DNA of 64,000 nucleotides from Eledone cirrhosa (Eukaryota): the NCBI GenBank assembly GCA_964016885.1, contig OZ024740.1:374480001-374544000 (forward strand), written 5' to 3'. Below the pieces are notes generated by a model. It saw only the letters and a program-made list of their open reading frames with translations. It did no database searches and was not told the origin of the DNA. Position 1 is the stretch's first letter. The number at the start of each line of letters is the position of its first letter. Positions 12,056-26,459 of the stretch are shown here, in pieces. The translations under genes and the position numbers were made by a program.

Positions 12056-12979
12056 GTGTGTAATATATGTGTGTGTGTGTGTGCGTGCGTGCGTGTGTGT
12101 GTGGACGAATCTGCTTATATATGTACATAATATATTGATGGAGTATCTGTGTTTGTATCGAATGTGTTAGTATGAGATTATGTAGGTGTTTATTTACTTT
12201 CGTGCCTGTGCTTTTGTGTGCACTCTTGTGTTTTGAGATTGTACATGTATACGTTTTCATAGGGAGTTCCGTTATGTAAAACCTCACATTCATAAAAGTG
12301 ACATACTAAGTGAAAGAGATGCACATTATGTTAAAATGGTAACTACTGAACCCTGTGGTTATACTTATGCACTATACTGTATATGTGCATCATTCTTTGC
12401 CTCGTGTATTTCCATTCAGTTACTCATATTATCCATACGAAGATATATGTGTTCGTTTAACTAAAAATGTTGTATGATATCATGTGGCTAATCGGAGTGT
12501 TTTCGTATACGCAACCGTGTCTAGTTTCAGTTTACGGCATAACTATATGCTTTCATATAACTTCACTGCATATAACGTTAGTTTATACGTGTTCTATTAT
12601 TTATTTATAAGATTAGCAATGCATATTGTTTTAAAAATCTCATATGAACACAATCTAGTGTGCTTTTGCCCAATAAAATATTAGTCTCTCAAAGGTAGAA
12701 TTTCTTTTTGAGTCACTCCATATATATCAACTTAAATGATTTCACTGTTTAAATCTGAAACCTTGGTATACACCTACAATTTCTTCAAAGAATATTTATA
12801 TATTTAGAGTTCTCACTTAAAATAATTACTTGTTAGGGTGGTTGGTAAATTTCGGAACAGATTTAAATATGTGAGGCAGTCAGCAATGAAATAATACTTT
12901 ATTGGAATGTATCTATCAATACAAATACAGAGAATTTATACGCACACAAATTATGACGTTCACTGAAACAAACACATTC

Positions 12980-13020
<41 letters not shown>

Positions 13021-13047
13021 AATATATATAATTATATATATATAAAA

Positions 13048-13094
<47 letters not shown>

Positions 13095-14883
13095 CATGTG
13101 TGTGTGTATGTGGGTGTGTGTGTATGTATGTGTGTGTGCTTGTGTGTGTGCAAAAACAATGAAAAAAATCAAGTAACCATCTGAAACGATCGTAAAACAA
13201 TGAACTAATTAACTACTTACCACTGACTTCTTTTTTAATGTATTGTTCTACGAGCAACCACACATGCACACACTCATATATGTATATATATGTATGTATG
13301 TGTGTGTGTGTGTGTGTGTGAGTGTGTGTGTATGCGTGTGTGTGCGTGCGCGTGTGTGTGTATGTGTGAGTGTATTTGTATTAATCCAGGTATTCACTAT
13401 TAATAATGGCTTTTAACAATATTGCCTATGCGTCAATATTGGATAAATTACCCATAGATATCATAGTTGCAGCAATAAACATATTCCACGAGTCCAACTC
13501 ACTATATAAATGTATATTTCGATAAATGCAAAAGCAAAAAATGAAATATGTCCTGTATAGGGATGGTCTAAATCTGTACGATATACTCGAGAGACAATTG
13601 AAACTCTGCTGCAGACATTAAAGGGATTCACAAGATATACAGACATGTGATTTGGCGTAAGGAATGTGCCATGGCAAAGTTGACGCGAGGAAAACTTAAA
13701 TATAAGTATAAAATGGAGTATATATTATAAGAGAAATCGATGAAATACACTTGGTTCAACAGACATATGAAGGAATAACATTGGAAATGAATACTAATTG
13801 ATGAATTATATTACTACTTAAGCAAGAATTAAATGCAAAGGAAAAAGCAATAAGTATCAATAAACTGGCAAACTTATTAACAATCTGGAGTTTCAATATT
13901 CTGAACTTGGAACTAAACTAACTTGTAAGACTAGACAGAACAAATCATAGCTGCCTTTAGAACACACCACACAAAACCAAGTATAGAAGAATTATACTGA
14001 CTACAGACACAGAAATAAAGTGGTCTTATGGAACTAGAGATCAATTAAAAAATACTGTAGGTCTAAAAAGAATTTAATGAAGAATGATGGAAATTTATTT
14101 CAAATTGTCCTATACCATGAACAAAAGAAACAATCTTCTTCTGTGTTCAAGAAAGCTAACAAATTCCAAACATGCTGAATGAATTGACTGACAAAGCGAG
14201 GGAAATGGAAACAGAGGAAATAGCAACAGAAATTATGAAAGATCTATATTGAAAATAGAACTCTAATATACTATACTAAAACGATATAAGGAAAATCTTT
14301 ACATAGCTAATACACAAAAACCTGAAAAAGAATACGATCCCTTATAACATTCGTATTTATAGTGGTATTAGAAATTGTAACAGGAACAAATAGTAAATAT
14401 GAGATAATTATTTTTAATAAGAAAAGACGTTTATTTTTCAAAATGTGTACAAAGTTTGACAGGGAAATGGTGATATTATATTTTACTTATCTACCAAGCT
14501 CTCTTACACATTTTAATAAGATGTTCAGTGGCCATGGAACATACCTACGTATGTGTCTAGCTATATTATGCCAATTACTTTAGCATCGACCTATCTATTA
14601 TCGATCTCTCTACTTACTCTTACACCCTCTCCTTTTCTATCCATCTATCTATCAATATATCTATTCATCTATCTATCACCCTTTCGTTCTATGTAAATGT
14701 GGATCTGTCAAACAACCTACCTGTCTTTTAATTTGTGAGACTGTCAATTGGGCTCCCTGACTATAGCTAACTATCTATGTGAATTTACAACTGTATGTAT
14801 CTTCGGACAAGAACACCAATACCACAATTCCAACTCCAACACTGTTCAGCAAATATATCGATCGATAAATATGTATATATATG

Positions 14884-14967
<84 letters not shown>

Positions 14968-15394
14968 CGTGCGTGTGTGCGTTTGTGTGTGTGCGTTTGT
15001 GTGTGTGCGTCTCTATGTATAAAGAGAGAGAAAGTGACAGGGAGAGGGGGACAAAGAAAGAGATTGGAAGAAAAGCATTGAAATTTAGTAGTGATATGTT
15101 TAATAATTATTAAAGAAGAAACGTGGAGAACATTATTGTCATTTATTGAAATGAATGTGAAATGAAATTCGACGATTGACAAAGTGACAAGAAGGTGAGG
15201 TTCAAGGAAAATCGACAAGGCGGTCGAGTTTACAGAGAATGTTGTATTTCTTTATATTAAACCCGTCATTTCGACATGTAGCATTCTAATTGTTGAACCA
15301 ATTACAGTTTTGAGTTGTATACTACTTCCTAGGAGGAAAGGTGTGTGTGTGTGTTTAGAGAAAAAAGGTGGGTGGAGAATCAACACCAATGTCG

Positions 15395-15726
15395 GATTGG
15401 TACTTTATTTATCGGGTTTATACGCGATGGGGCCCAGCCACAGCCCCGGCGGACAGAATGGAGATGGTGTTTCCCCGAAGGACGGCAAGGGAGACGCGCT
15501 GGAAAAGCCACTTCAACTCGCAGAGCTCAAACCTGCTGTTGGCCAGCTCAGCGCCTATGGTGGTGAGTGACGAGGGAGCCCTGGGGCCGAGGACACCAGA
15601 ACTCTCCACTGCCAGGCGTACGACCGCAAACCTGTCGGAGAGCGTCCGGTATTTGAGTAGTTTGGCCTCCTCATCCCGACGTGCAGCAGAACCTGGGTCA
15701 GTAGCAGACTGCACCAGGTTGCGGTG
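15395..15726 (-). mobile_element. 5'-truncated CRE-clade non-LTR retrotransposon (RLE C-terminus)
   Basis: GSAARRDEEAKLLKY..LAVESSGVLG..LFQRVSLAVLRGN matches the CRE-type RLE tail. GC-rich, with AATAAA downstream, and abuts (TA)n. Confidence 0.75.
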
Positions 15727-15753
<27 letters not shown>

Positions 15754-15757
<4 letters not shown>

Positions 15758-16569
15758 CATTCATATATATTATTATTTGTCTGACCCGAATTTTCTTGGT
15801 CGTTTTTTCGGCTGTGCGAATGATTTTAAGCCTTGTCTCAGTGTGTTGGTATTTAAACGTTAGTTATAACTCTGGTTTATCCAAACTATTGAATACTTTT
15901 CCACGCATTTCGAAGATTGTGTTTCGTTATTTCGTGGGCCGAGATTCCGATTCTCGATAATTTATTTATATTTATCTCCAGTCTTTAGCTATTGACCAGT
16001 TAATTTTATTGATTTTTTAGTTGATCTTATTGACTGATGAACAGCTCATGTTAATTTTAACCCGTCTGTTGAGAACTCTAATTCAATATGTGATATTTTG
16101 TATTTTTACAATAATATACACTACTGAATTCATTCGCCTAATATAGGGGTTCCCTCCCTTGCTGGACCCCACGTGGATTTAGTAACGGGTTCCCTTGTAA
16201 ATTTGAACGAAACGCCTGTTGATAAAGTGGTTTCCTCGTTCATCATTCTACCAGAAGCCGGATATTTTTCATGTAAGCTGACGGTAACTGATTTAGGACC
16301 CGCAGAAACAAAAATGCTGGAATTTAGCGTCCTTCTAGCGGGTCCGGGCAAAGAATTTTCATTCATATATATTATTACTTGTCTGACCCGAATTTTCTTG
16401 GTCGTTTTTTCGGCTGTGCGAATGATTTTAAGCATTGTCTCAGTGTGTTGGTATTTAAACGTTAGCTATAGCTCTAGTGTATCCAAACAATTGAGCACTT
16501 TGCCACGCATTTCGAAGATTGTCTCTCGTTATTTCGTGGGCCGAGATTCCGATTCTCGATAATTTATTT
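15754..16569 (+). repeat. ~601-nt non-coding unit with ~215-bp terminal direct repeats (family I)
   Basis: 15754-15968 is repeated at 16356-16569. A decayed HHR-like motif lies at 16028-16088. (TA)n on both sides. A divergent solo copy lies at 29812-30030 (-). Confidence 0.8.
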
Positions 16570-16580
16570 GTATATATATT

Positions 16581-16648
<68 letters not shown>

Positions 16649-16689
16649 CGAAACATAAGTAAATTGCATGAACTCATAATCCTTTATTT

Positions 16690-16745
16690 ACTGCTATATA
16701 TATTTCGATGATAGCCATTGAATGGCTATTACCGCATAAGGCAGT
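16690..16745 (-). ncRNA. Decayed HHR motif
   Basis: rc: ACUGC-CUUAUGC-GGUAAUAGCCAU-UCA-AUGGCUAUCAUC-GAAAU-AUAU-AUA/GCAGU. Stems are intact; there are two core substitutions. Confidence 0.55.
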
Positions 16746-16817
16746 TAGTCAGTTCTTAGATATGCCAGCTGTGTGTGTATAGTGTTGATGGTATCAGAGC
16801 CTTGGGACATATCATAC

Positions 16818-17136
<319 letters not shown>

Positions 17137-17157
17137 ATATATATATTTATATATATA

Positions 17158-17220
<63 letters not shown>

Positions 17221-17223
<3 letters not shown>

Positions 17224-17700
17224 TAATAAAAATAATGAATAAAAACAAAGAAAGAGTTCCTTATATTAAAACATTCAGCATTTTACGATCGTTTCTAGGA
17301 TATATATGTTTGTGTTGGTATGTATATCATATAGATCTATGTAAAATGTTTACAAAATATCAGAGGGACTATACATACCTACACATATATATGTTGTCTT
17401 CAGAAATATATATATATGCTGTCTTCATTATTTCTGAAGACAGCTTATATATGTGTAGGTATGTATTTTCCCTCTGATAGTTTGTAAACATTTTACATTG
17501 ATCTATATGATATACATACCAACACAAACATATATATCCAAGAAACGATCGTAACATGATGCATTTTTTAATATAAGGAAATGTTTCTTTGTTTTTATTC
17601 ATTATTTTTATTAATTTATCTAGACTCTGTTTTCCTGTATTTTTCATCGGAAAAAAATGTTTGAATACATCTTCTGTTTTCATGATATTCGGATTACATT
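17221..17700. repeat. Fold-back module with ~190-bp inverted arms and HHR-like cores
   Basis: 17221-17407 is the rc of 17430-17616. Each arm has AUUU-CUGAAGA...GAAAC-GAUC-GUA. Confidence 0.8.
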
Positions 17701-17750
17701 GAGCTCTTCATACGGATTGGACACTACCGTACATTTTGGTAGATGTATCT

Positions 17751-17796
<46 letters not shown>

Positions 17797-17859
17797 ATAT
17801 ATATATATATATATTATATATATATATATATATACATATATGTATGTACCTACTATGTA

Positions 17860-17893
<34 letters not shown>

Positions 17894-18917
17894 TTTGTGC
17901 GTCTAATATGTGGGTGTCTATGTGTGTTATATATATTGTATATTTACATATGAAGAAATGATGAAACAAATTAAAAGCAAATAGTGCTGTAATATTCATA
18001 TGTCACCAACATGCCGGAAAACACTGCTTTTTGTGCTTATCGTTTTTTCATACGTGTGGGTGACTTTGGTTGTGGAGTGTATTTGTTTTGTGAATGTTTC
18101 ATTTTTTCTTTGCATGTTAGAGGATTCTTTATATTTCTTAATTTTGTTTCTATAGTTTCTTTAATTCCTTCGATTAAATTGCAAATATGGATTGAAAACT
18201 ACAATACAAGTTAAGATATTATAACTTGAAAGGAAGAGAAAAATCAGCAAAGGCGACATTTTACGCCACTATAAACTCTCCCCTTCAACTGAACAGATAG
18301 AAAGGCTGAATAATAAAAAAAAACAGAATTTCTCTAGAATTTCAAGGATCTGATGAAATGTAATCTTATTATGAGTGAAAACAGGACAGGCTACATCATG
18401 TGATATATCGACATTTTTTTCCCTCTTGACGCTCCCGTTAATACGCAATTTCTCTCTTTCTCTCTCATTCAGTTTCTTTCGCTTCCTGCATAATGAGCAT
18501 ATAATCCCATATGTGATTTTTTGTCGTTATCTATCTATCTATCTTTCTTTCACTATTTCACACTCCGACCCCTCTTAATACATAATCATCGAGTGACCTT
18601 TATACTGCATGGGCGAAATATTTCTAAATATTTTTTTTATATTCGTAATAGTGTATATATATGAAGAAGTTGTCTCATGTAAATACTTCTGTATGCGACA
18701 CAACATATTTAAAACCCTTCTACTCTGCGCGTATCTTCAAATTACATAATACATGTTTCAGAGATGTAATTTGCATTTGAGGGCATTTTATATTACTCAT
18801 ACATTATTTGGATGGTCGTCTCTCGTCGACCGTAAGCTGTAGATGCGACTGCGAGAAATCTATTCAAATTTCATATATATATATATGTATAAATATGTAT
18901 GTATATATATATATATG

Positions 18918-18973
<56 letters not shown>

Positions 18974-19012
18974 CATACGAATCTATCTATCTATATATAT
19001 ATATATATATAT

Positions 19013-19876
19013 GATAAGTGCGACGACATTCTCAGGGAAACTCTTTGCATCGAGGATGACGAACTGACCAGTTTGTTTGGGAGGACTTTCCGTCCAGGGT
19101 CTATGGATAACTTCCAGAGGTCTCTAGGGTGTCAGTGCTACCGAGGAGCTCTACCAGTTCGAGACAAAATTTACAGGCACGAACGCCCTGGCAGAGATCC
19201 TGCCAAAAGGACCTGTCCAAGATGCGAGCAGGACATCGAAACCGTTCTGCACGCAATTGTTCAGTGCCCAGGGGTGACCGATCTGTGGAATTATGTCGAA
19301 CAGCTACTGTCACGTGTGGGAGGCATCCAGTTGTCAGCCGAGTCCATCGTGAGGATCACCCCGCCACCTTCATTTAAGAACGATGGAGAGGCGTGTTTCC
19401 TCTGTCTTGTGGCTATAGCGAAAGATGTAATATGGTGGACGAGGTTAAAAGGATTGAGGGTAAATACCTTTCTCTCCGGACAACAACTTATCCCATTCTT
19501 TAAGTATCACTTCAGAAGGAGGGTGGGAGTAGAGAGAGAGGTGCTACACCCCAGTAAATTCGCTGAAAGTTGTGTAAATGTGGCGAAAATGGCCCCAGTG
19601 AATGGGCTTCTCTGTTTATAAACATGTAGGTTGAGGAAGATAAACAGAGGGAAGAGAGGAAGACCTACAAAACGTGTTCCTGGTGTTGAGGGTTGTTCTA
19701 TCCACGGGTATAAAACTACCATGCAGTAACGTTCCCCCCTATTGGGGATTTCAATTGTTATTTTCTAAATAGTTTATTGTTATTTATCAATGTTAAAGTT
19801 ATTATTTATGTAAAACCCCCACCTTCACGTCTTGTAATGTCCCATTTTTGTACGCCCCTGTGGCAAATAAAGAAAG
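19013..19876 (+). mobile_element. 5'-truncated L1/Tx1-clade LINE (ORF2 zf-RVT C-terminus and 3' UTR)
   Basis: ALPVRDKIYRH..CPRCEQDIETVLHAIVQC..LWNYV..IWWTR. AATAAA near 19866. Starts at a (TA)n tract. Confidence 0.85.
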
Positions 19877-20022
19877 ATATCTATATATAAATGTAATCTA
19901 AGTTTTTCGAATATTAATAATAACATTCGATTCATTTGCAATTACGCAAAGAAGCCTCAATGTTATAGCCATGACAGTAGAATGAACCCTTCATTTTTGC
20001 TCTTGTCTTGTCATGTGAACAG

Positions 20023-20070
20023 AACTGCAGACACTAATATTTCTGGGTATCACCCCTCATCAGTACAGCT
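20023..20070 (-). ncRNA. Canonical type I HHR
   Basis: rc: AGCUGUA-CUGAUGA-G-GGGU-GAU-ACCC-A-GAAA-UAU-UA-GUG-UC/UGCAGUU. Full core, three stems and a GUC site. Confidence 0.8.
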
Positions 20071-20229
20071 CACTGTACATCTGCCAGACTTTCAGAGCTA
20101 GTGAAAATATATGCTATTTCCAAAATTAAACAGTGACTAATCGGCCTTATTTGCATATGAGCAGACTTTTCTTTTATCTCACTCTCGCTCTCTCTCTCTC
20201 CCTTTATATATATATGTACATATATATAA

Positions 20230-20300
20230 TGAAAGAGGTGTGGTAAGGAACCAGAGGGACCATAACGCACCAGACTACACAATACTTAGTGTAGGAGAGT
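20230..20300. repeat. Tail-only fragment of Naiad-A hairpin family (another at 26136-26178)
   Basis: GAGGTGTGGTAAGGAACCAGAGGGACCATAACGCACCAGACTACACAATAC matches 1923-1990. Confidence 0.75.
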
Positions 20301-20450
20301 ATATATATATATATATATATATATATAACTATATATATATATATAGTTATAGTATATATACGGCTCTGCTCCAAAGCATAGAGCTAATTATTATGCTGCA
20401 AATACCTAAATGGGACACGGGTATACAATACCTAACTCCTATTAACCTAA

Positions 20451-20516
<66 letters not shown>

Positions 20517-20519
20517 ATT

Positions 20520-21862
20520 CATTAGTTAAGCAAAACAAGACCACAAATTTTACAAGGAAGATATTATTAAAAGATTGTCAACATATTTTAGTTTGATGTA
20601 AGGAATGTAGAGAATAATAATAATACTATTACTAATAATAATGTCCGTTTACAATTGTTTCGCTAATCCATATATTTTTGGATCAACTGATTATATATCA
20701 TTATTGATCTGGTTCAGTTGAAAATAATTAACACAGGTAGAAATAGAGTAGCTCATAGGAACTTCAAGTGGAATATGAATTAAAATAAGGAAATAATGTT
20801 ACATAAATGTAATGTTCCATATGTTGCTATTTCACTATGGTGTCCTGGGTATATCTATTGTCTGCCATAGTGGAGCAGTACTCTTCTGTCAAGGCTGCAT
20901 TGTGTGAGACCTGCCTATAGTTAACGAGATGGCCGCCAACATGACATATTTACCTTAATAATTAGAGGGTTGCTTCAGGAGAAGTAACTCATCGAGAGAT
21001 TATAAATTGAGGGTAGTTCATATTTTTTATTTTTTTATTGAGAGACACTGTAAGGGAGGTAACTTATAATTATCTAAGTTAGTTATAGTTATTTAACTTA
21101 TTAGCTACAAGTAAAAATGGGGCTAGATGACTATGTTGGGTCAAATATTCTGTTGACGAAGGAATTAGACCTTAGATGTTGAGAGCTAATAGTTACCTCC
21201 GTTCTATCGGTTGAGGTCGTGATAGAGTTATGTAATATGCTTCGGTAAGACAGAGGTCACAAGATTTTCTTCGTCCATTGAACGGTTGGGCCCTAGCCAA
21301 GATATCCCACGTTAGTGAGTGTTCAATGTTGGTATAATTTAAAGTTTTTTATGAGCCTAGCCAGAGATGTCGAACATCTGTTGTTAGGGTGCCGGAAAGA
21401 AAAAGAGTGCGCGTTATAGCGTACCTTAAAATGGTTAGAGGTAGACCCGAAACATGAGCTCGTCTGTGAAGCAGTTTTAATCGTGCACCTATAGACTAAT
21501 TTGGGTGTCAGGCAATGTCCATTTAGTGGGCATGGATTAGGGTAACGGCAGTTGCAGTTACTTCTGTGGTTAGTGAGAGTACGGTTGTTTAACCTAAGCG
21601 GTTGATCAGTGCTAGAAGGATTAGATGGGGGAGGTGTGCTACTACAGTAAGTATTGGTGTAGTGGCGTGGTGTATTTGATGGGGGTGGTGGTACCGCGGT
21701 GTGGGAGTTATACTGTCTTAGTTTATGATGGCTACTGAATGCGATGTGGCTAGCTAGGAGAATGAGATTTTAATGTTATTTTTATTAAAGCGTTTGTAAT
21801 ATCTATGGTAGGGGGGGGGGGATGTTTAAATAGGATGGAGAAGAAGCCTTTAGTTATATCAG
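20520..21862 (-). mobile_element. 5'-truncated Naiad-type PLE (EN domain and 3' UTR)
   Basis: rc: NCNCRYPNPCPLNGHCLTPKLVYRCTIKT..GSTSNHFKVRYNAHSFSF. An HHR remnant GAAACAAUUGUA lies at ~20648-20659. The 3' boundary is approximate. Confidence 0.75.
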
Positions 21863-21928
21863 TGGCTAGATTAGATGAGAATGGGGGGGGGGGGGGGGGT
21901 TAAGCCAGGTGATTATATATATATATAT

Positions 21929-24053
21929 ATCAGGTGGCGTGCTTTCCACTTTGATAAATCTAATCTAAATGAAAATGTTTCAAATCTGGATAAAATGTTC
22001 AAATCTAAAAAAAATCCACCTCCCAACAAACTACTAATGGATTTTGAAAATGATATCGTATCAATCATCCAAGGCATCAAATTAAAAAAAAAACTTCAAA
22101 GGCCAGGATTACCTAAGGAGTAATAAGGATAATATTGAAAACTTGGAGAAAACAGAGAAAATTCTAGTGAAGTCGGACAAAACTAATAATCTTTATGGAA
22201 TACAAAAGGACATGTATAACGGCCTTATATTGAAAGAACTAAGGAAAAAGTACAAGGTAGCAAATAAGGACGAACTTGAAAAACTGAATACAGATGCATC
22301 TTGTATAATGCATGAATTAGACATTAAGAGTAAAACACAACCCTTCATGCCTAGGAAACCTAAGATCAATATGAAGGATCACAAAAGAAACTTTGAAAAT
22401 GATTTACCAGTCAGATTAATTGCACCATCTAAATCTGACCTGGGCAAACTTAGCAAAAATATTCTAGAGAGGGTAATACAACAAATTAAAGACTTACCTA
22501 ATTTATCTTACTTAAAATTATGGAAAGGGACTAGTGAGGTTATCGATTGGTTTAAAGAAATTAAATATAACTATAATAATAAGTTTATTCAGCTGGATAT
22601 TGCTAACTACTATTCATATATCACTCCTAATCTACTGAATAAGGCACTAAATTACGCATTTAAACATATAGACCTAACTAGCAATGAAATGCACATTATA
22701 TTATCGGCAAGGAAAACATTGATAGAATTTAATAACCAACTCTGGACTAGGGCAGATAGAAATAATAATTTCGACATAACTATGGGATCATCAGACTCAT
22801 CTCAGGTAACGGACCTTGTGGGCCTATTTATAATTAATTCGCTACATAGAAAAATACCAGGTGTAACCGGAGGCTTATATCGTGATGACATGCTTTTACT
22901 TATACAAAATAATAGCTGTGAACTAAATAGGAAAAGAAAACAAATTATACTATTTTTTAATTACCTTAATCTAAAAGTAGAAATAGAGAATAACCATAAA
23001 ATAGTCAATTTTCTTGACGTAACACTAAATCTCAACACATGTCTTCATTATCCATTTCACAAACTAAATGAGAACTTGAATTATGTTAATTTTAACTCTA
23101 GTCACCCCAGATCTGTCAAAAATACTATAGTGAACTCTGTTCAAGAAAGAATTTCAAGAATTTCATCTAATAAAAATATATTTGATGAAAAAGCGCAGTA
23201 TTACAACGAAGCGTTAGGTAGAGCTGGATATAGATATGAAATTAAATACATTGATAATAATAATAATAAGCAAACTAACCAAAATAATAACAATTTTAAT
23301 TATGGTAACAACTTTAGCAACTATAATAGAAAACATTACAATAATTCCAAAAGCCGAAAAAGAAATAGAACTAGAAACATATTATGGTTTGCTCCCCCTT
23401 TCTCACTAAATATTAAAACCCCTATTGCTAAACTATTCTTTAAAGCTCTTGACAAACGCTTCTCTAGAACACATAAATATTACTCAATTTTTAATAGACA
23501 CACTATAAAATTAACTTACTCGTCCACCAAAAATTTAGCACAAAATATTAATAAAATTAATAATAGAAATTTAAAACCTAAACACAATACCAATAATAAC
23601 CCAAGCAATATTCAATTGAATAACTGTAACTGTAGAAATAAATCTAACTGTCCGTTAAATAACAACTGCTTAGCTAAAAATGTAGTGTGCAATTGTAATG
23701 TTAAAACTAATTTAAATTCATTTAACTATGTTGGTTCTACCTCTATTGAATTTAAATTTCGCTTCAATAATCATAAAAATTCTTTCACAGATCCAAACAA
23801 AAAATCTTCAGCTTCGCTATCTAGCCTACTATGGGACCTAAAACGAGATAATGTTAAATATTCGATGACTTGGAATATTATTTCATAAGCTACTCCTTTT
23901 AATTCCTCTTCAGAAAATTGTGATCTTTGTATTGAAGAAATATTCTTTATATTAAAGTCCAAAAATTCCCTTAATTTAAGGAATAATTTATTCAGTTGCT
24001 GCAGACATAGATTGAACTCAACGTTTAAATATAAATATAAATTTAAAATGTAG
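21929..24053 (+). pseudogene. Naiad-type PLE RT-GIY-YIG ORF, nearly intact
   Basis: IRWRAFH..FEND, then a frameshift, then a 581-aa ORF (22143-23888) with LDIANYYS, MGSSDSSQV, GGLYRDD, NFLDVTL, WFAPPFS, CNCx5CPx4C and YVGST. After one TAA it continues CDLCIEE..CCRHR to a stop at 24053. Confidence 0.92.
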
Positions 24054-24339
24054 TAAAATGAATTAAGTAATTTAGTTAATAAGTAAAACCTGTCGATAAA
24101 TCATTAGATTCCTTCACCTTTTTCTTTTAAAACTTTCTTCCTAAATATAAATATAGATATAATAATCTACTTTAAAATGTCTATACTTACAATATATTAA
24201 ATAAAATATACGTAGGATAAATTGCTATACTAAATATAAGGATATCTGTAGAACCCTTGGGTTTTTTAAATCTTTTAAATTTTTGAATTTTAAAGATTTT
24301 TTTAATTATTTTTTAAATTTAAAAAAATTTTTCTTTATT

Positions 24340-24465
24340 TTTTTTTTTAAATTTTTAAATTTTTAAATTTTTAAATTTTTAAATTTTTAAATTTTTAAAT
24401 TTTTAAATATTTAAATGTTTAAATTTTTAAATTTTTAAATTTTTAAATTTTTAAATTTTTAAATT
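24340..24465. repeat. (TTTTTAAA)n 8-bp tandem repeat
   Basis: About 14 units, read directly. Confidence 0.85.
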
Positions 24466-25252
24466 ATATTGATATAATATTTATTTAACTTTTATTTTAT
24501 TTTTATTTTTATTTATTTTTATTAGTTTTGCTTTGATTCTGATAGCTTCTCATAATTCTCATAAGTCCACCCTTTCAATAGTTTGATTGAAATATAAGTA
24601 GGATAATTTTCTATACTAAATATATGAAACATTATTTTAACTTAAGATACTCTATAGTGTTTTAAAGATATTTAATGCTTTGACATTTCTAGAATTCGTT
24701 TGGCCTTTTGACTATGTTGATATAGTTGTATTTCCAAAATATAATTCTTTGGTATTTTAAATTTATATTGGTATAATTATATTTCCAAAGTATAATCTTT
24801 AGTAATATATTGATATTTGATTATCTCTATACAAATGTCTATGTGTGTATTAACATGCATATAAAAGTGTTATAGGTTTTTTATGATTGTATATATGTCT
24901 GTATGTATACATGAGTGATGCGTGAAGACGCACGCAGATATTTATTTATACATATATAGGTGTATATGTATATGTGTGTGTATGTATATGTGTGGGTAAG
25001 AGTTATGTTGCATTACTAGGCAGTTTGGAGTGCAGATATGCATAATTTTGACAAAATGTTAAATGCATGAATGGTAATCATATATATGAAGACATGAATG
25101 TTAATCATATATATTTATGTATATATACTGTGAACTTTTATAACACAATGAATGAATAGCAGTGATTAAGAGAAATCGTCTGCATTTTATATGTCTATAT
25201 TGTTGACTTGAGTAAATATAATGTCTATTTTCAGGACGTGCGTGTATATATA

Positions 25253-25325
<73 letters not shown>

Positions 25326-25948
25326 GTGTCTTTGCCTGAGATACTGACTTCTCTAGCAATGTGTACATTTTGGAGATTAAACCCAAATTTTGGTATATTG
25401 ATCTCAAGGTTTAAACTAAACATATAGTTATTATTAAACAATTTTTAATTTCTCATATTATATATCTATGTCCCATTCATGAATATTAATATTTATATTT
25501 TTATTATTCATTTCATATGAATTGTTAACTCAACTTAATATGACATGACGTAAAGTTTTCATAATCTCCCACTCTCTATATATAGTATTTCTCTGTCTTG
25601 AGTTTTTCTATCTGTCTGTTGACTTAATATCTCTCTGTTACTTTTCTCTGTTTTTCTTATTTCTTCCTTTTTTCTTCTTTCTTCCTTTCCTCCTGTCTTT
25701 ACTTATCTCTTTCTTTTTTCTCCATGCATCTCTCTCTCACTCCGATATTTCTCCACGTTCTTTTCTTTCTCTCCGTCTTTTTTTATTTCTCTCCGTCTTT
25801 TCCTTTCTCTCCGTCTTTTTCTAATTGTCCTTAACACTATGACTTATTAAAGTAATATAAACAAATCACTATCCGGATGGCTTCCGAAAACAATGGTTGC
25901 ATTTTAATAGGGTACGTCAAAGCTTATTTGTAAAACTGTTATATATTG

Positions 25949-26013
25949 TATTTTGTCTGATGAAGGCATACCATAATTTAATTTGGTATCCCTGAAATAT
26001 GTATAATGAAATA
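25949..26013 (+). ncRNA. Type I HHR, family C (probably the 3' pLTR of the 21929 Naiad)
   Basis: UAUUUUGU-CUGAUGA-AGGcAUACCA..UGGUAUcCCU-GAAAU-AUGU-AUA/AUGAAAUA. Confidence 0.75.
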
Positions 26014-26055
26014 AATATGGTTTTATAAATATAGTTTCCATTTATTAGTATCGTA

Positions 26056-26136
<81 letters not shown>

Positions 26137-26261
26137 GCATAACGCACCAGACTATACAATACCTAGGGTAGCAGAGTATATATATATATATATGTATATA
26201 TACGTTATAGATGTATATTTATATATATATAAGTTATGTATATATATATGTATATATATAC

Positions 26262-26459
26262 GTTATTCCGGGTTGAATCGGAGGTAACCACAGTAAGTAA
26301 GGTACTCAATACATAGCAGAGAATAAAAGTTTTAATACAGATGAGATTCTACATGACCAGAACTGTTTCATTCATTAGAAATCATCAGGAATCTGATTCC
26401 TGATGATTTCTAATGAATGAAACAGTTTTAGTCCTGTAGAATCTCATCTATATTAAAAC

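Noticed and set aside
13560-14580. Possible degraded LINE in purine-rich sequence
   Set aside because: It looks like decayed coding DNA, but I could not read a diagnostic motif.
23886-23888. In-frame stop in the Naiad ORF as selenocysteine recoding (reported for some Naiads)
   Set aside because: The codon is TAA, not TGA, and it falls at a Lys/Arg-like position. The neighbouring Cys codons are normal TGT/TGC.
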